From: the human T2T-CHM13v2.0 reference genome, Homo sapiens
Length of the DNA: 64,000 bases
Strand: one strand, 5' to 3'
Assembly (NCBI RefSeq): GCF_009914755.1
Contig: NC_060926.1
Positions 12,900-25,200 of the stretch are shown here, in pieces. A program made the position numbers and the translations under genes. Positions within the stretch are counted from its first letter, which is position 1. Every line of letters begins with the position of its first letter. The notes under the pieces are model-generated. The model was given only the letters and a program-made list of their open reading frames with translations, did no database searches and was not told where the DNA came from.

Positions 12900-14450
12900 C
12901 TTAGAATTAATAAAGGGATATTCCTCATTTCTTTAGCCTTAAGACACTGGAGTACTGTTAGTTCCATTCTGGAAACTTCTACATCTTCCTTCAATCAGTA
13001 AGTGAGCTCACAACATTCATGTTTGAAATGTCATCTATATACTAATAATTCTTAGATGTATATATACAGCCTTGGCTTCCCCTTAAACTCCTGATTCAAA
13101 TCCTCTGCTCTCTACTTAATATCTACTCAATATTAGTAGATAGCTACTAATCTGCTTATATCCAATTTGCTCAGGCCAAACTCCTGATCCCTCCACACCC
13201 ATTCCTTACACAGTTTTTCCCAACTGAGTTATGTCACCTACATTCTGTTATTATTCAAGGCAAAAGCTTTGCAGCAATTGTTGGCCTTTTTGTTTCTCTC
13301 ACTTGCCCTATCCAGCCTATCAGCAATCCCACTGGCTCTGCCTTCAAAGTGTGTCCAGAATCTGACCCCTACTCACCGCCTTCATCACTGCCACCCAGGT
13401 TTAACCCACCTTCACTTCCCCCTTGTATTATTGCAAAAACCTCCTGACTGCTCTTCGTGATTCTGTCCTTGTCTTTCTAAAATCTATTCTCTAGAGAGAT
13501 GTCTTAGAAAAATAACTGAGACGTAGTGACTTTCGTACTCAAAACCCTCCAATGGCTGTTATCTCATGAAGAGTAAAACCCAAAGTCCATCAAATGGCTG
13601 GAAAGGGTCCAGCTCCCAATCATCTCTGACCTCACTCTCTTCTAATTTATTCCTGCTCATTCTGTTCTACTGTACTGGCCTCCTTGGTCTTCCTTGCATG
13701 GGTTCCTGCCTCAGGGCCTTGGCATTTGCTGGAATGACATTGGCTGGACTGACTTTCCCTCGGACATACATGATTCACTCACTCTGTCACTTGTTTCAGC
13801 TCGTTCACCAAATGACATTGACTCTGAAAGGCCTTCCCTTACCACAGTCCTATCTAAAATAGCACACTTCTTCACTCTACTGTGTTGTGTCTATTTTCTC
13901 TTTGCTTCTTATCTGTCTTCTCTCTCCTTGAGTACAAGCCAACAAGGGCTTCTTTTTACACTGCTAAGTCAAGCATGCCTGTGATTAATGCACATGGTAA
14001 GTACTCAATAAATATTGGTAAAGTAAATAAACAAAAGAATCCTCTTATTCCTGATGAGAAACTTTCAGTGACTTTTCATTGACCACAAAATGACATCCAA
14101 ACTGTTCCTTTTAGCTTTCAAGGCTTTCCATAATTTACCGTTCCAATTTCATTTTCCCACTAGACACCAAACCTCAGCCTGGCTATTTTCCGAACTCTAA
14201 GCCTCTCCTCCTGCACTCTACCCAGATGGTTCCTCACCATCTCAACATGCCCCTTGCTACCTGTCCATCAAAGCATGGCTCACCTGCTATAAACTCCCTT
14301 GAACCTCCCCTGATTCCCATAGCCCATGCTGTAGTACAGATGTTCATAGACATGTTTTTCCTTTTTGAACAGAGACTCTTCTTAGCTACTCGTGTCATCC
14401 ATGCTCAGAGCTGGAACTCCAGTTAAAAATGAGCTCATTAAATAAATGAA
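12900..14450 (+). mobile_element. L2 fragments
   Basis: GCTCTGCCTTCAAAGTGTGTCCAGAATCTGACC, AAAACCCTCCAATGGC, CCTCAGGGCCTTGGCATTTGCTG, 3' end GTACTCAATAAATATT. Confidence 0.75.
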
Positions 14451-15487
14451 TTCTAGCCAAGATTCACTTTAGCCAAGAACCTGACAACCTTACAAGCAAC
14501 ATTATGGTTTCTAGATATTTTTCTCATTCCAGTGTTGTAAGAAGGATTTGAAATTTTATTTTTCTGAAGATACATTTTTTGCTCATTATATACACAAAAA
14601 GTGGCTGGTCTCCATATTGTAGATTAAGGAAGCTCATTGAATTAAAATGAGATCATAGGGTCTGTTTTAAGTGACTGGGAATTCAAATGTTAGGATTAAA
14701 TCTTCAGAGAAAGACTACAAATTAAAGAGCCATTATCCAGATGTTTCTGAATATCTATCTCTACCTATGTCTTATTCAGCTGGTCATTTAGTTAAGTGAA
14801 GGGTGCATGTGGCTTCAGCTTTTGACTACCGCTGTCTTTCCTTCTCTAAAGGAAGCCTCACTGAGTACCCAGGCCACACCTAGTTACCTTATCTACTCCA
14901 CAAATAACAAGCAATACCTCCAACCCCATAATTCCAGCACTGCTGGAAGGTGGGCTAAGTGGCTCACTCAGTGAGTTGATAGTCTGTCCTGCCCCCCACA
15001 GATGGGACTACAAACCAGGCCATGTCTCAGGTGACAGCCAATTTCCAAATGAGGCCAAGAATATTTAGAAGTGGTTACAGCTCTGATTTGGGATTCGTCT
15101 CCTGGAGATGCCATGGTGCCTTTTTAATTTCCTGACATTTTCAGACATGGAGAAAAGAATCTGGCTGATGAGTCACCAATATTAATGGGTTTTTGAATCC
15201 TATTCGCTGTGGCAGCTGCCTCTTCTTTAGTTATTCACACACAAAAAAAAGAAAAAGACTTTCAGGCAAACTCCGAGAAAGAAGCAGTGTTGGCAGCCAT
15301 TCAATTGTCATGTGTATTCTCAGACCTTGGCCCCTGTTTCATGGGGAGGGGAGTTGTTTGTTTTTTTGCCTTGTGTGTGACTGTTTGAGAAGCTGAAGAT
15401 AATTGTTATATACATACTACCTTGGTGGAGTGGGCTTCGTTTGTTTGATGGACAGAAAACACCTCCAGAGCTCAAATCTTGTGATTC

Positions 15488-15498
15488 TGCTGAGTCAT
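15488..15498 (-). promoter_or_regulatory. ARE/NFE2-type motif (ATGACTCAGCA)
   Basis: Exact consensus match in non-repetitive sequence; another AP-1 site TGAGTCA at 15169; motif only, no functional data. Confidence 0.35.
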
Positions 15499-16695
15499 AA
15501 CAGAATAGAGGGTTGTATTACATTACAGCACTTCTTGTTTTCCTGGTTCCTGAATTCTGCTTTTACCTGCATGCCCTGATATGAAAAAGGAAAAATATAA
15601 AGTGAAATGTTTGTGTTTAGAATAGCTAATTATACTTCACAAACTTCCACACAAGTCCAAGGTTTGAAGCCAAAATATTAAAATAGTTGCATCCTTGCTA
15701 CCTTTAGGGTCCTCCAGTTCCCAACATCCCAAGTGTATTTTAAAAGCAGCCCTAGCTGGCTCCCAACAGTGACTGTGAGCTTGCTAGATAACCAAGTCTC
15801 TTCTTCCTAACAGAAAAACATAACATTACCTATCCCTCTGTAAGTATGTGGTAAGAATTCTCTATTTCCTATTCTTCCTGTGCTTTTTAAACTAAAAGGA
15901 GTATATGGGCCAAGACAGCCCCTTTTGTGAGTTAACAGAGGACATTTTTTTCTTCACAGACCAAGATCTCTTGAGTTCTATCATAAATCATGAAACCCGT
16001 GCCAGGGTCCAAACTAGTTCTTCACAATCAAACAAACAATTAGCTCTGAGGTCACATTGTGGGGATAATGGGGGTAGGGAGGGAAGAAAGAAAATTAGCA
16101 CACACATTATCTGAGATTTTATTTCACAGCACGCGTACAAAGAAGTGCTGCATCCAGGGCACAAGAGATTACTGATGAAAGGAATTTACAGTGAAAGATA
16201 ACGAGGGAGCTTTCAGCAAGCCATCAATCTGTGGGCTGTTCCTGGAAGCCCCTGGACAGTCGGAACACAGACCGTGCTGAATGGAAGCAAGGTGACATTT
16301 AGAGGACATGGTTCACTGAAAAGAGCAAACGTATGCAAACCCAGGAATATCATCTTGTGAGGAAATAAACCTTGCTGCTGTGAACACCAGTGTTGTAGCT
16401 GTTGAGTCTTTCTCAGCTTACAGAGCAGAGCCTTTTGGCAGCCTGGGAATACTGCAGAAAACGAGAATAACTGCTGGCGCTCACTAGAACAGCAGACCCA
16501 GCTGGGAGCAAAGCAGAGAGTTGCAGACACTCTCTCTTAATCAAACTTTGTACGAAGAGCTTGAGAGATTATTTCTTTGTCTTACCCATTTCACATCCTG
16601 TTATTTTTTTTTCTGCGTAAGTTTCAGTATGAAAGAACTGTGGATATTCTCTGAATTTAAGTAAATCCATTTAAGAACAGAGGTAATTAAAATTA

Positions 16696-16991
16696 GCCCA
16701 GGTGCAGTGGCTCACTCCTGTAATCCCAACACTTTGGGAGGCAGAAGTAGGCAGATCACCTGAGGTCGGGAGTTCGAGACCAGCCTGGCCAACATGGTGA
16801 AACCTTGTCTCCACTAAAAACACAAAAATTAGCTGAGTGTGGTGGTGCATGCCTGTAATCCAAGCTACTAAGGAGGCTGAGGCCCGAGAAGCACTTGAAT
16901 CTGGGAGGTGGAGATTGCAGTGAGCTGAGATCTCACCGCTGTACTCCAGCCTGGGTGAAAAGAGTGAGACTCCATCTAAAAAAAAAAAAAA
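16696..16991 (+). mobile_element. AluS
   Basis: Full dimer with A-tail. Confidence 0.95.
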
Positions 16992-17050
16992 GTAATTACT
17001 CTTAAAAAGGCTGTGTATATCATTGTTTCATTAAAGAAAATCAAGTTTCT

Positions 17051-17488
<438 letters not shown>

Positions 17489-17910
17489 AAAGAAAATCAA
17501 GTTTCCAAATGCCAGTCTCTTTATTTCCTTGAGGGAAAGTGTCCCGAGGAGGACTCATGTGTGCAAAGACTGACAGTGGCATGGAATCCCTCTCACACCA
17601 TTGCATGTTCCTTTACTTTAACCATTTTTATTGGTTATGCCTCTATACACAAGACCACATGTTTCTTATAGAAATTACTTGGGGAAAAAAAGTCAATGAG
17701 AGCTTAATCTTCTGTGATGCTACCTATCAGTAATCACATCATTCATGCTTTAGCTATAATCTTCTGGACTTTCTTTAGTCAATATATACTTGTACCTATA
17801 AACCTATAAATGTGTATACACCTACTTATATTCTTTTCACAAAGGGAATCATCTTGAAATGTATTAAATATTTTGTAATTTGCTTTTCTTCACTCAACAA
17901 TGAAGTATGT

Positions 17911-18328
17911 TGGTGTAGTTTGAAATGTACTAAACCTCATGTTGAAATGTAATCCCCAGTGTTGGAGGCAGGGTGTGATGGGAGGTGATTGAATCATGGG
18001 GGTAGACATCTCATGAATGGTTTAGCGCCAACCACCTGGTGCTGTCCTCCAGATACTGAGTGAGTTCTCATGAGAGCTGGTTGTTTAAAAGTGTGTGGCA
18101 CTTCCCCTCTCCCCTCTTCTTGCTCCCACTCTGCCGTGTGAGATGCCTACTCCCCCTTCACCCTCCACCATGATTTAAGTTTCCTGAGGCCTCACCAGAA
18201 GCCAAGCAGATGCCAGTGCCATGCTTCTGGTACAACCTACAGAACTATAAGCCAATTAAGCCTCTTTTCTTTATAAATTACCTAGCCTCGGCTATCTCTT
18301 TATAGCAATGCAAGAATGGCCTAACACA
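17911..18328 (+). mobile_element. MSTA/B (MaLR) solo LTR
   Basis: CTCATGTTGAAATGTAATCCCCAGTGTTGGAGG...TATAGCAATGCAAGAATGGCCTAACACA; TSD TATGT/CATGT. Confidence 0.9.
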
Positions 18329-19077
18329 CATGTACATCTTTTCATGTTATTAAATATACATTTGCATCTTCATTCTAAATATCTGCACTGTGTTTTCTAG
18401 TGTAGATATCCATTAATTATTTAACACCAAAATCAGAGACATGTCTGAAATAAAACTACAAGTCCCAATTTCCCTGGATACTCTACTCAAAATGTAGTTT
18501 GGCATGCATCCATGCACACACAGCCATGCATTTTGTCTCATAATATAGTATTAGAGAAGGCTGAAGTGAACCTGGGAAGTTATAGAAATCCTGGAAGAAT
18601 TAAAAAACTGGGCTAAATGCTTGCAGCATTTTTCCAAATTTGATGGAGCATGGATTCACTATAAACCACTGTAGATGCCTTTGCCTGCTGTAACCCCTAC
18701 CACTGTTGTTTTTGCACATAGTTGATCTTCAAAAGCATTTGTTGATTTTAAAGGAATGAAGGAAGAGAGGACACATGTGATCTTTACCATGAGCTGGAGA
18801 GCTCTGCACTTCAGCAATTGCTCTTTATATCCTCATATAGCTGCGGGTAAAGCATAGTTCTCTGGAAGGAAGACAAAGGGGAAAACAGGAGGCCTCAGGC
18901 ATTACTAGATGGAAACTCCTTAAGAAACCGTAAAACAAGGAAAGCAACTTCTCTCTCAATACTGTAAAGAAAGATATTGGAGAGAAGGTGAGATTTGGCT
19001 TAGTGTGAACAAGCCACAGCTGAGGAGATCATAAGGCCTGAGTACTTAAACATTTAAGTTCCATGCTTTAAATGTTA

Positions 19078-19172
19078 ATTGAGATTAGCTTCAATTTCTG
19101 TGCAAAATAAAAAGGTTATCTGGCCAATGTGTACATGGTTTCCAGAATCAATGAAAGAAATGTATGAAATTG
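19078..19172 (+). repeat. Dispersed repeat A (second copy at 20719-20812)
   Basis: About 95 bp; 5 substitutions and a 1-bp indel between copies. Confidence 0.95.
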
Positions 19173-20686
19173 GCAGGTGAAGACTGCAATTTCTATTTCA
19201 TAAAGAAAAATAGGTAGGAAATAGGTAGGCATGTGTGTGCCTCTAAAGAGTGAATGATGACCAGTCCTGTCAAAAACAAACAAAAAAAATCGTTCAAAAG
19301 GTTTTAAGGTCCCTGTGCGACGTAGAAAGAAGCTAACCTTCGGTCTTCATGATAAGCCATCAAGCCAAGCTAAGCCTGCCCACATTTCTTTCCTGTAACA
19401 GCTTAAAAATATATATAAAATCTAACAGGAATATCACTTTACAAGCAATCAGTAGCAGGACTCCAGCTGATTCCAAAATCATCTTTTTATTGTAACATGT
19501 CTGCTAACCTTCCATTTTATAAAATATCTTCTATACTACTTTCAGTACTTCAGAATATTCCTAAATGTATATACACTGTGGATGGATTTCAGATCTTTTT
19601 GGCCACAAAGGCCAACAGCAAAAGCCAGCCATCGCGTTCCAGGAACGGAGGTGCAAAATGCCGCTCAGATCACACACTCCTGCCTTGTGTTTGGTGAGAA
19701 GCAGCTGCTTCTATGTCAAGTTTATCTGTTTGAAATATTTACTGTATGTAATTATCACTTGGCTGGTGGGCCTTTGCCATAGAAACTGTCTTAGCAAACA
19801 CGATGAACACCAGCGGGAAGATGAGCGCATATTTGGAAGGACAGAAACCCCTCTGCAAAACACCCCAGTCTTGAGAGGAACAGCTTCTGTGTGTGAAAAC
19901 TTGAGAAACAAGTACTGGTTACATAAACAGGAACATGATGGAACCAAATGCTATTCCAGCCTTTTGCCATCATGCTTGGTTTTTGGCATAGAGAGCCAGA
20001 ATAAACGTCCCAGTCTAAAGAGCTCACCAATTGAGGTAACTGGAATTACAATTATAGGAGTTCCTCAGACCCTTCCTACTCAGCCCTGCCAGCTTCTGAC
20101 CATAAGCTGCAACCAACTAACTCAGTCCTATCCACTTTCTAAGATAATTTATTTCTTCTTTCAACAATTATTTTCACTACATATATGTAAGGTGTACAAC
20201 ATGATATTTCGATATCCTTAATTCATAGTGAGGTGGTTCCTATAGTGAGCACCAACTAATGCCCGGCATTCAGCTAGGGGCTGAGGATTCAGTAGTGAAT
20301 GAGACAGGTAGGATCCATAGGGTCAGACACTGTTCTAATGGTCCCTAATGCTGGTTGTATCCTATTTTAGCCAACAACTGTAGCTATTCCTGCTCCCCCC
20401 TTCAGAAGTTTCCACCAACGTGTTCTCACTGCCCTGGAGGTCCCGTGCTAAGCCCACAACCCACCTGATCAATTTCTCAGAAATCTGATTACATCTCTTT
20501 AGTTATCACTTTTTAGATTGCTGGCCAACTGCTCCTGATCCATTACTACAGTCCTGAGCATGTCCGGTCAAATCTTCTTCCCCCTTTCCCACCAGCCAAG
20601 GATACAGTTCTAACATATTATACAGATATTTTGTATCTATTTTGTTTACTGAGGTTCGTATGCATATATATATTTATCTATTTTGT

Positions 20687-20959
20687 TTATTGAGCTTTGT
20701 TTGCATATACATATATGCATTGAGATTAGCGTCAATTTCTGTGCAAAATAAAAGGTTATCCGGCCAATGTGTACATGGCTTCTAGAATCAGTGAAAGAAA
20801 TGTATGAAATTGTGTACAGTGAAAATGAGTACAGTAAATAGTCAGTTTCTCCAAACCAATTCAAGTTTATGTTGCTCACCTATCCTCATCACGCTGACCA
20901 AACTAACCTCCAATGGAAGGAAAGAAGGCGTATACATATATGCATACAAAGCTCAATAA
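20687..20959. other. Composite templated insertion inside a palindrome
   Basis: Copy of 19078-19172, 14-bp linker, copy of 22889-22984; flanked by 32-bp inverted repeats (28/32) and an 18-bp direct repeat (17/18). Confidence 0.9.
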
Positions 20960-20974
20960 GCCCAAATATGTAAG

Positions 20975-21884
<910 letters not shown>

Positions 21885-22293
21885 AATGACTATTTTTGGA
21901 GCTAGCAAGTGCATTTTTATGTTAATGGAATGAAGATTAAACCTGGAATTCAAGGCACACATTTGAAACTAATAATTTTCACAGCTTTAGATAAATTCTG
22001 TCATTATTTTTTAACTCCTTTCCTTGTCTATGAACATGGATTATCATCATTCACAGAGTCATTTCAGTGTAACATAAGCTAACTATGGGAGAGCCTTATA
22101 AAATGTAAATTATTAAACTCTATTATAAATTACGATTATATTACATTATTATTACATTTTGTTACAAATCTATTACAAATGAGAGGTCACTGTTGTGTTA
22201 TGATGCATGTTGAATGTGGTTGACACAAAACTGAAGTCACAGGCACCCTCTGCCATGCATTTGTACCCTTTGTCCTTTTAAAGATTCTAGGGT

Positions 22294-22494
22294 TGCTGTG
22301 TGTAATACAGTAGCCACTAGCCACATCATTTAAATTTAAATTAATTAAAATTAAATAGAGTTAGAGATTCAGGTCCTCAGTTGCACTAGCTGCATTTCAG
22401 GTGCTCTGTAGCCTCATGGGGCTAGTGACTACCTCACTGGACAATGCAGACTATAAAACATTTCTTTCATTACAGAAAGTTGTAGATGGTGCTG
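22294..22494 (-). mobile_element. MER3 (hAT-Charlie)
   Basis: GTAGCCACTAGCCACAT...TTTAAATTTAAATTAATTAAAATTAAAT...CCTCAGTTGCACTAGC...ATTACAGAAAGTT. Confidence 0.85.
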
Positions 22495-22888
22495 ATCAAA
22501 AGGGCAGATACTATGCCCTTGCCCTTCTCAACAAACAACCTGGAAAAAAAATCCTAGAACCCTTTTACAACTCAATATTAAAAATTTGTTGTGACCACTA
22601 TTATCTGTTTTGATCTTGAGACTCTTAGTCAGCCCTATAAGCCCAAATACCCAGGCATCCACTGCCTCGTAAAAGTAAGGTACATACATCTACCCATGAG
22701 TAATGAAATCATCATTCTACACATTTCTGGCCTGATCCTATATTGATCTACCCTTTTCTGGGTCCTTACTCACGACTGTTTCTGTTTATTATCTTGTTCT
22801 TGCTCCTTTTAGCATGACCTTTGCACCTAACATCTCTGACTTCAATTCTGGATTCCTTCTCTGCTTTTCTGGGGTATCCATCCCAAAA

Positions 22889-22984
22889 GAGTACAGTAAA
22901 TAGTTTCTCCAAACCAATTCAAGTCTATGGGGCTGACCCATCCTCATCATGCTGACCAAACTAACCTCCAATAGAATGAAAGAA
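22889..22984 (+). repeat. Dispersed repeat B (second copy at 20827-20926)
   Basis: About 96 bp; about 8 substitutions and a 4-bp indel between copies. Confidence 0.95.
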
Positions 22985-24043
22985 CTGCACCATAAGGGCA
23001 GCAGCAGCTGTTCAGGTTAGGTCAGTGTTGTGAACCTTTGACAGGGGTCATGAATTTCAATGCCTTCAGGAGCCACGCAAGCCACGTAAATGAATGAAGC
23101 AGGCTGAGAGGAACAGGAGGCAGTGGAAGAGATAAGGCAGATGGAGAGCATATGCTCTACCACAGAAAGCAATTCAAATATCAATAAATAAACACTCTGT
23201 GGCAATTGCAGGCACAGAAATTAGAAAAGAAGACATTACACTATCTATGTTTGCAGATGATGAAATAGTGCCCTGGAAAAAAAGGCCAAGAGTATCAATG
23301 CTAAAATTAGTAAAAACAGAAAAAAAAATTAGTAAGCTAGAAAGATAGAATACCAGCATACAAAAATTAGTAATCTTATATATACAAACTTTAATCAGCT
23401 AGAACATAACCCTATTTATAACCACACATGCAAAAAAAGAAAAGATGAAAAATTTGAAACAGTCAAATGAAGAAGGCTTTCAAATATTTCCCCCAAAAGA
23501 CAAAATTAGATTGGGATAAATGCAAAAACATCCTTATTCTTGAACAAAACAATTCAACATCATAAACTTGTCAGGACTTCCCATTATATAAATTTAATGA
23601 GACCCCAATTTTAAAAACTAAGGCGTTTGCTTTTCTGGAACTAAATAAGTTGATTGTAAAGATTACATGCATTTTAACCATTCGAGAAAATCTAGGAAAA
23701 CCCTAAAAAGGAGAAATGAGTAGAGACGAATTCTGCCAGATTAAAACTCAGTATGCAGGCTGCATAATTAAAACAGAGTGGTCCTGGGGCCCAATTAAAT
23801 GAAATAGAAAGTACACAAATAGAAAGAAAAAGATTGATACATTCAACTACAGCAGTGTAAAATAAAACTTTTTGCATGGAGAAAAATGCTGTCAGAAAAG
23901 TAGGAAGGTAAATTATAAACTGGGAGAAAATATTTGCTTAGACAAATTTGGTTAGACAAAGTACTAACCTTGTTAATTTGTAAATAAGTCCCTAAAAATA
24001 AGAAAAAAGAAGCACCAAAAACCTAATACAAAAATGGACAAAA

Positions 24044-25200
24044 GGGGAAGCTCTGTATTGTTGTCCACAGCTGCAGCATTTACATTTCCATCAACTGTGC
24101 ACAAGGGTTCCAATTTCTCAAAAAAATTAAAAAAAGAATGACCATCCAGTAATTCCACTGCCAGTTATATGTCTGAAGGAAATAAAATTTTTATCTCAGA
24201 GAGATAACTGCACTCCCAAGTTCATGGCAGCATTATTCACAATAGCCAGTACATGGAAACAACCCAAATGTCTATGAATGAATGAATGAATGAATGAATG
24301 AATGAATACAGAAAATGTGGTATAGACATACAATGAAATTAATCAGACTTAAACAATAAGGAAATTCTTCCATTTGAGACAACATGGATGAATCTAGATG
24401 ATATTATGCTAACTAAAACAAGACCAGTCAAAGAAGGACAAATACTGCATATTTCCTATTATATGAAGCATCTAAAATAGTCACACTCATAGAAGCAGAG
24501 AGTAGAATGCTGCTTGCCAGGAGCTGGGGAGAAGGGGAGATGAGGAGATGCTGTTCAATGGCTCTAGTCTCTGTTATGCTAGATGAATAAGTTCTAGAGA
24601 TCTCCTGTACAGTACAATGCTGTAGTTGACAATATTGTTTGTGCACATCAAAATTTGTTAGGAGAATGGATCTCATGTTATGTGTTCTTACAAAAACAAA
24701 ACAAAACAAAAGGACATAGGGAAACTTTGGGAGATAGATGTTGGATGTGTCTATTACCTTGATTGTAGTTGACGGTATCAGGGATGTTTACATACATCTA
24801 AACTCATCAATTTTTTTTTTTTGAGACAGAGCCTTGCTCTGTGGCCCAGGCTGGAGTGCAGTGGGGTGATCTTGGCTCACTGCAACCTCTGCCTCCAGGG
24901 TTCAAGTGATTCTCTTGCCTCAGCCTCCTGAGTAGCTGGACTACAGGCATGCACCACCACATCCAGCTAATCTTTAGCCCGTCTCTCTTTTAATAGAGAC
25001 AGGGTTTCACCATGTTGTCTGCGCTGGTCTCAAACTCTTGACCTCAAGTGATCCACCTGCCTTGGCCTCCCAAACTGCTGGCATTACAGCCATGGGCTAC
25101 CATGCCCAGCCTAAACTCGTCAATTTTTATGTACACATTAAGTATGTGCATTTTTATGTACCAATTATACCTCAATAAAGCTGTTTTAAAAATTAAAAAT
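24044..25200 (+). mobile_element. L1MA/MB 3' end with 5' inversion
   Basis: 24044-24119 antisense piece contiguous in L1 coordinates with the sense piece starting near 24118; ends CTCAATAAAGCTG plus A-rich tail; (GAAT)n at 24275-24307. Confidence 0.8.
24811..25111 (-). mobile_element. AluS
   Basis: Antisense dimer; TSD TAAACTC(A/G)TCAATTTTT. Confidence 0.95.

Noticed and set aside
20687-20959. Interpretation as a MITE or Pack-type transposon with 32-bp TIRs
   Set aside because: No TSD outside the inverted repeats and the internal sequence derives from the immediate neighbourhood, so a repair event fits better; a genome-wide search for the arm sequence would settle it
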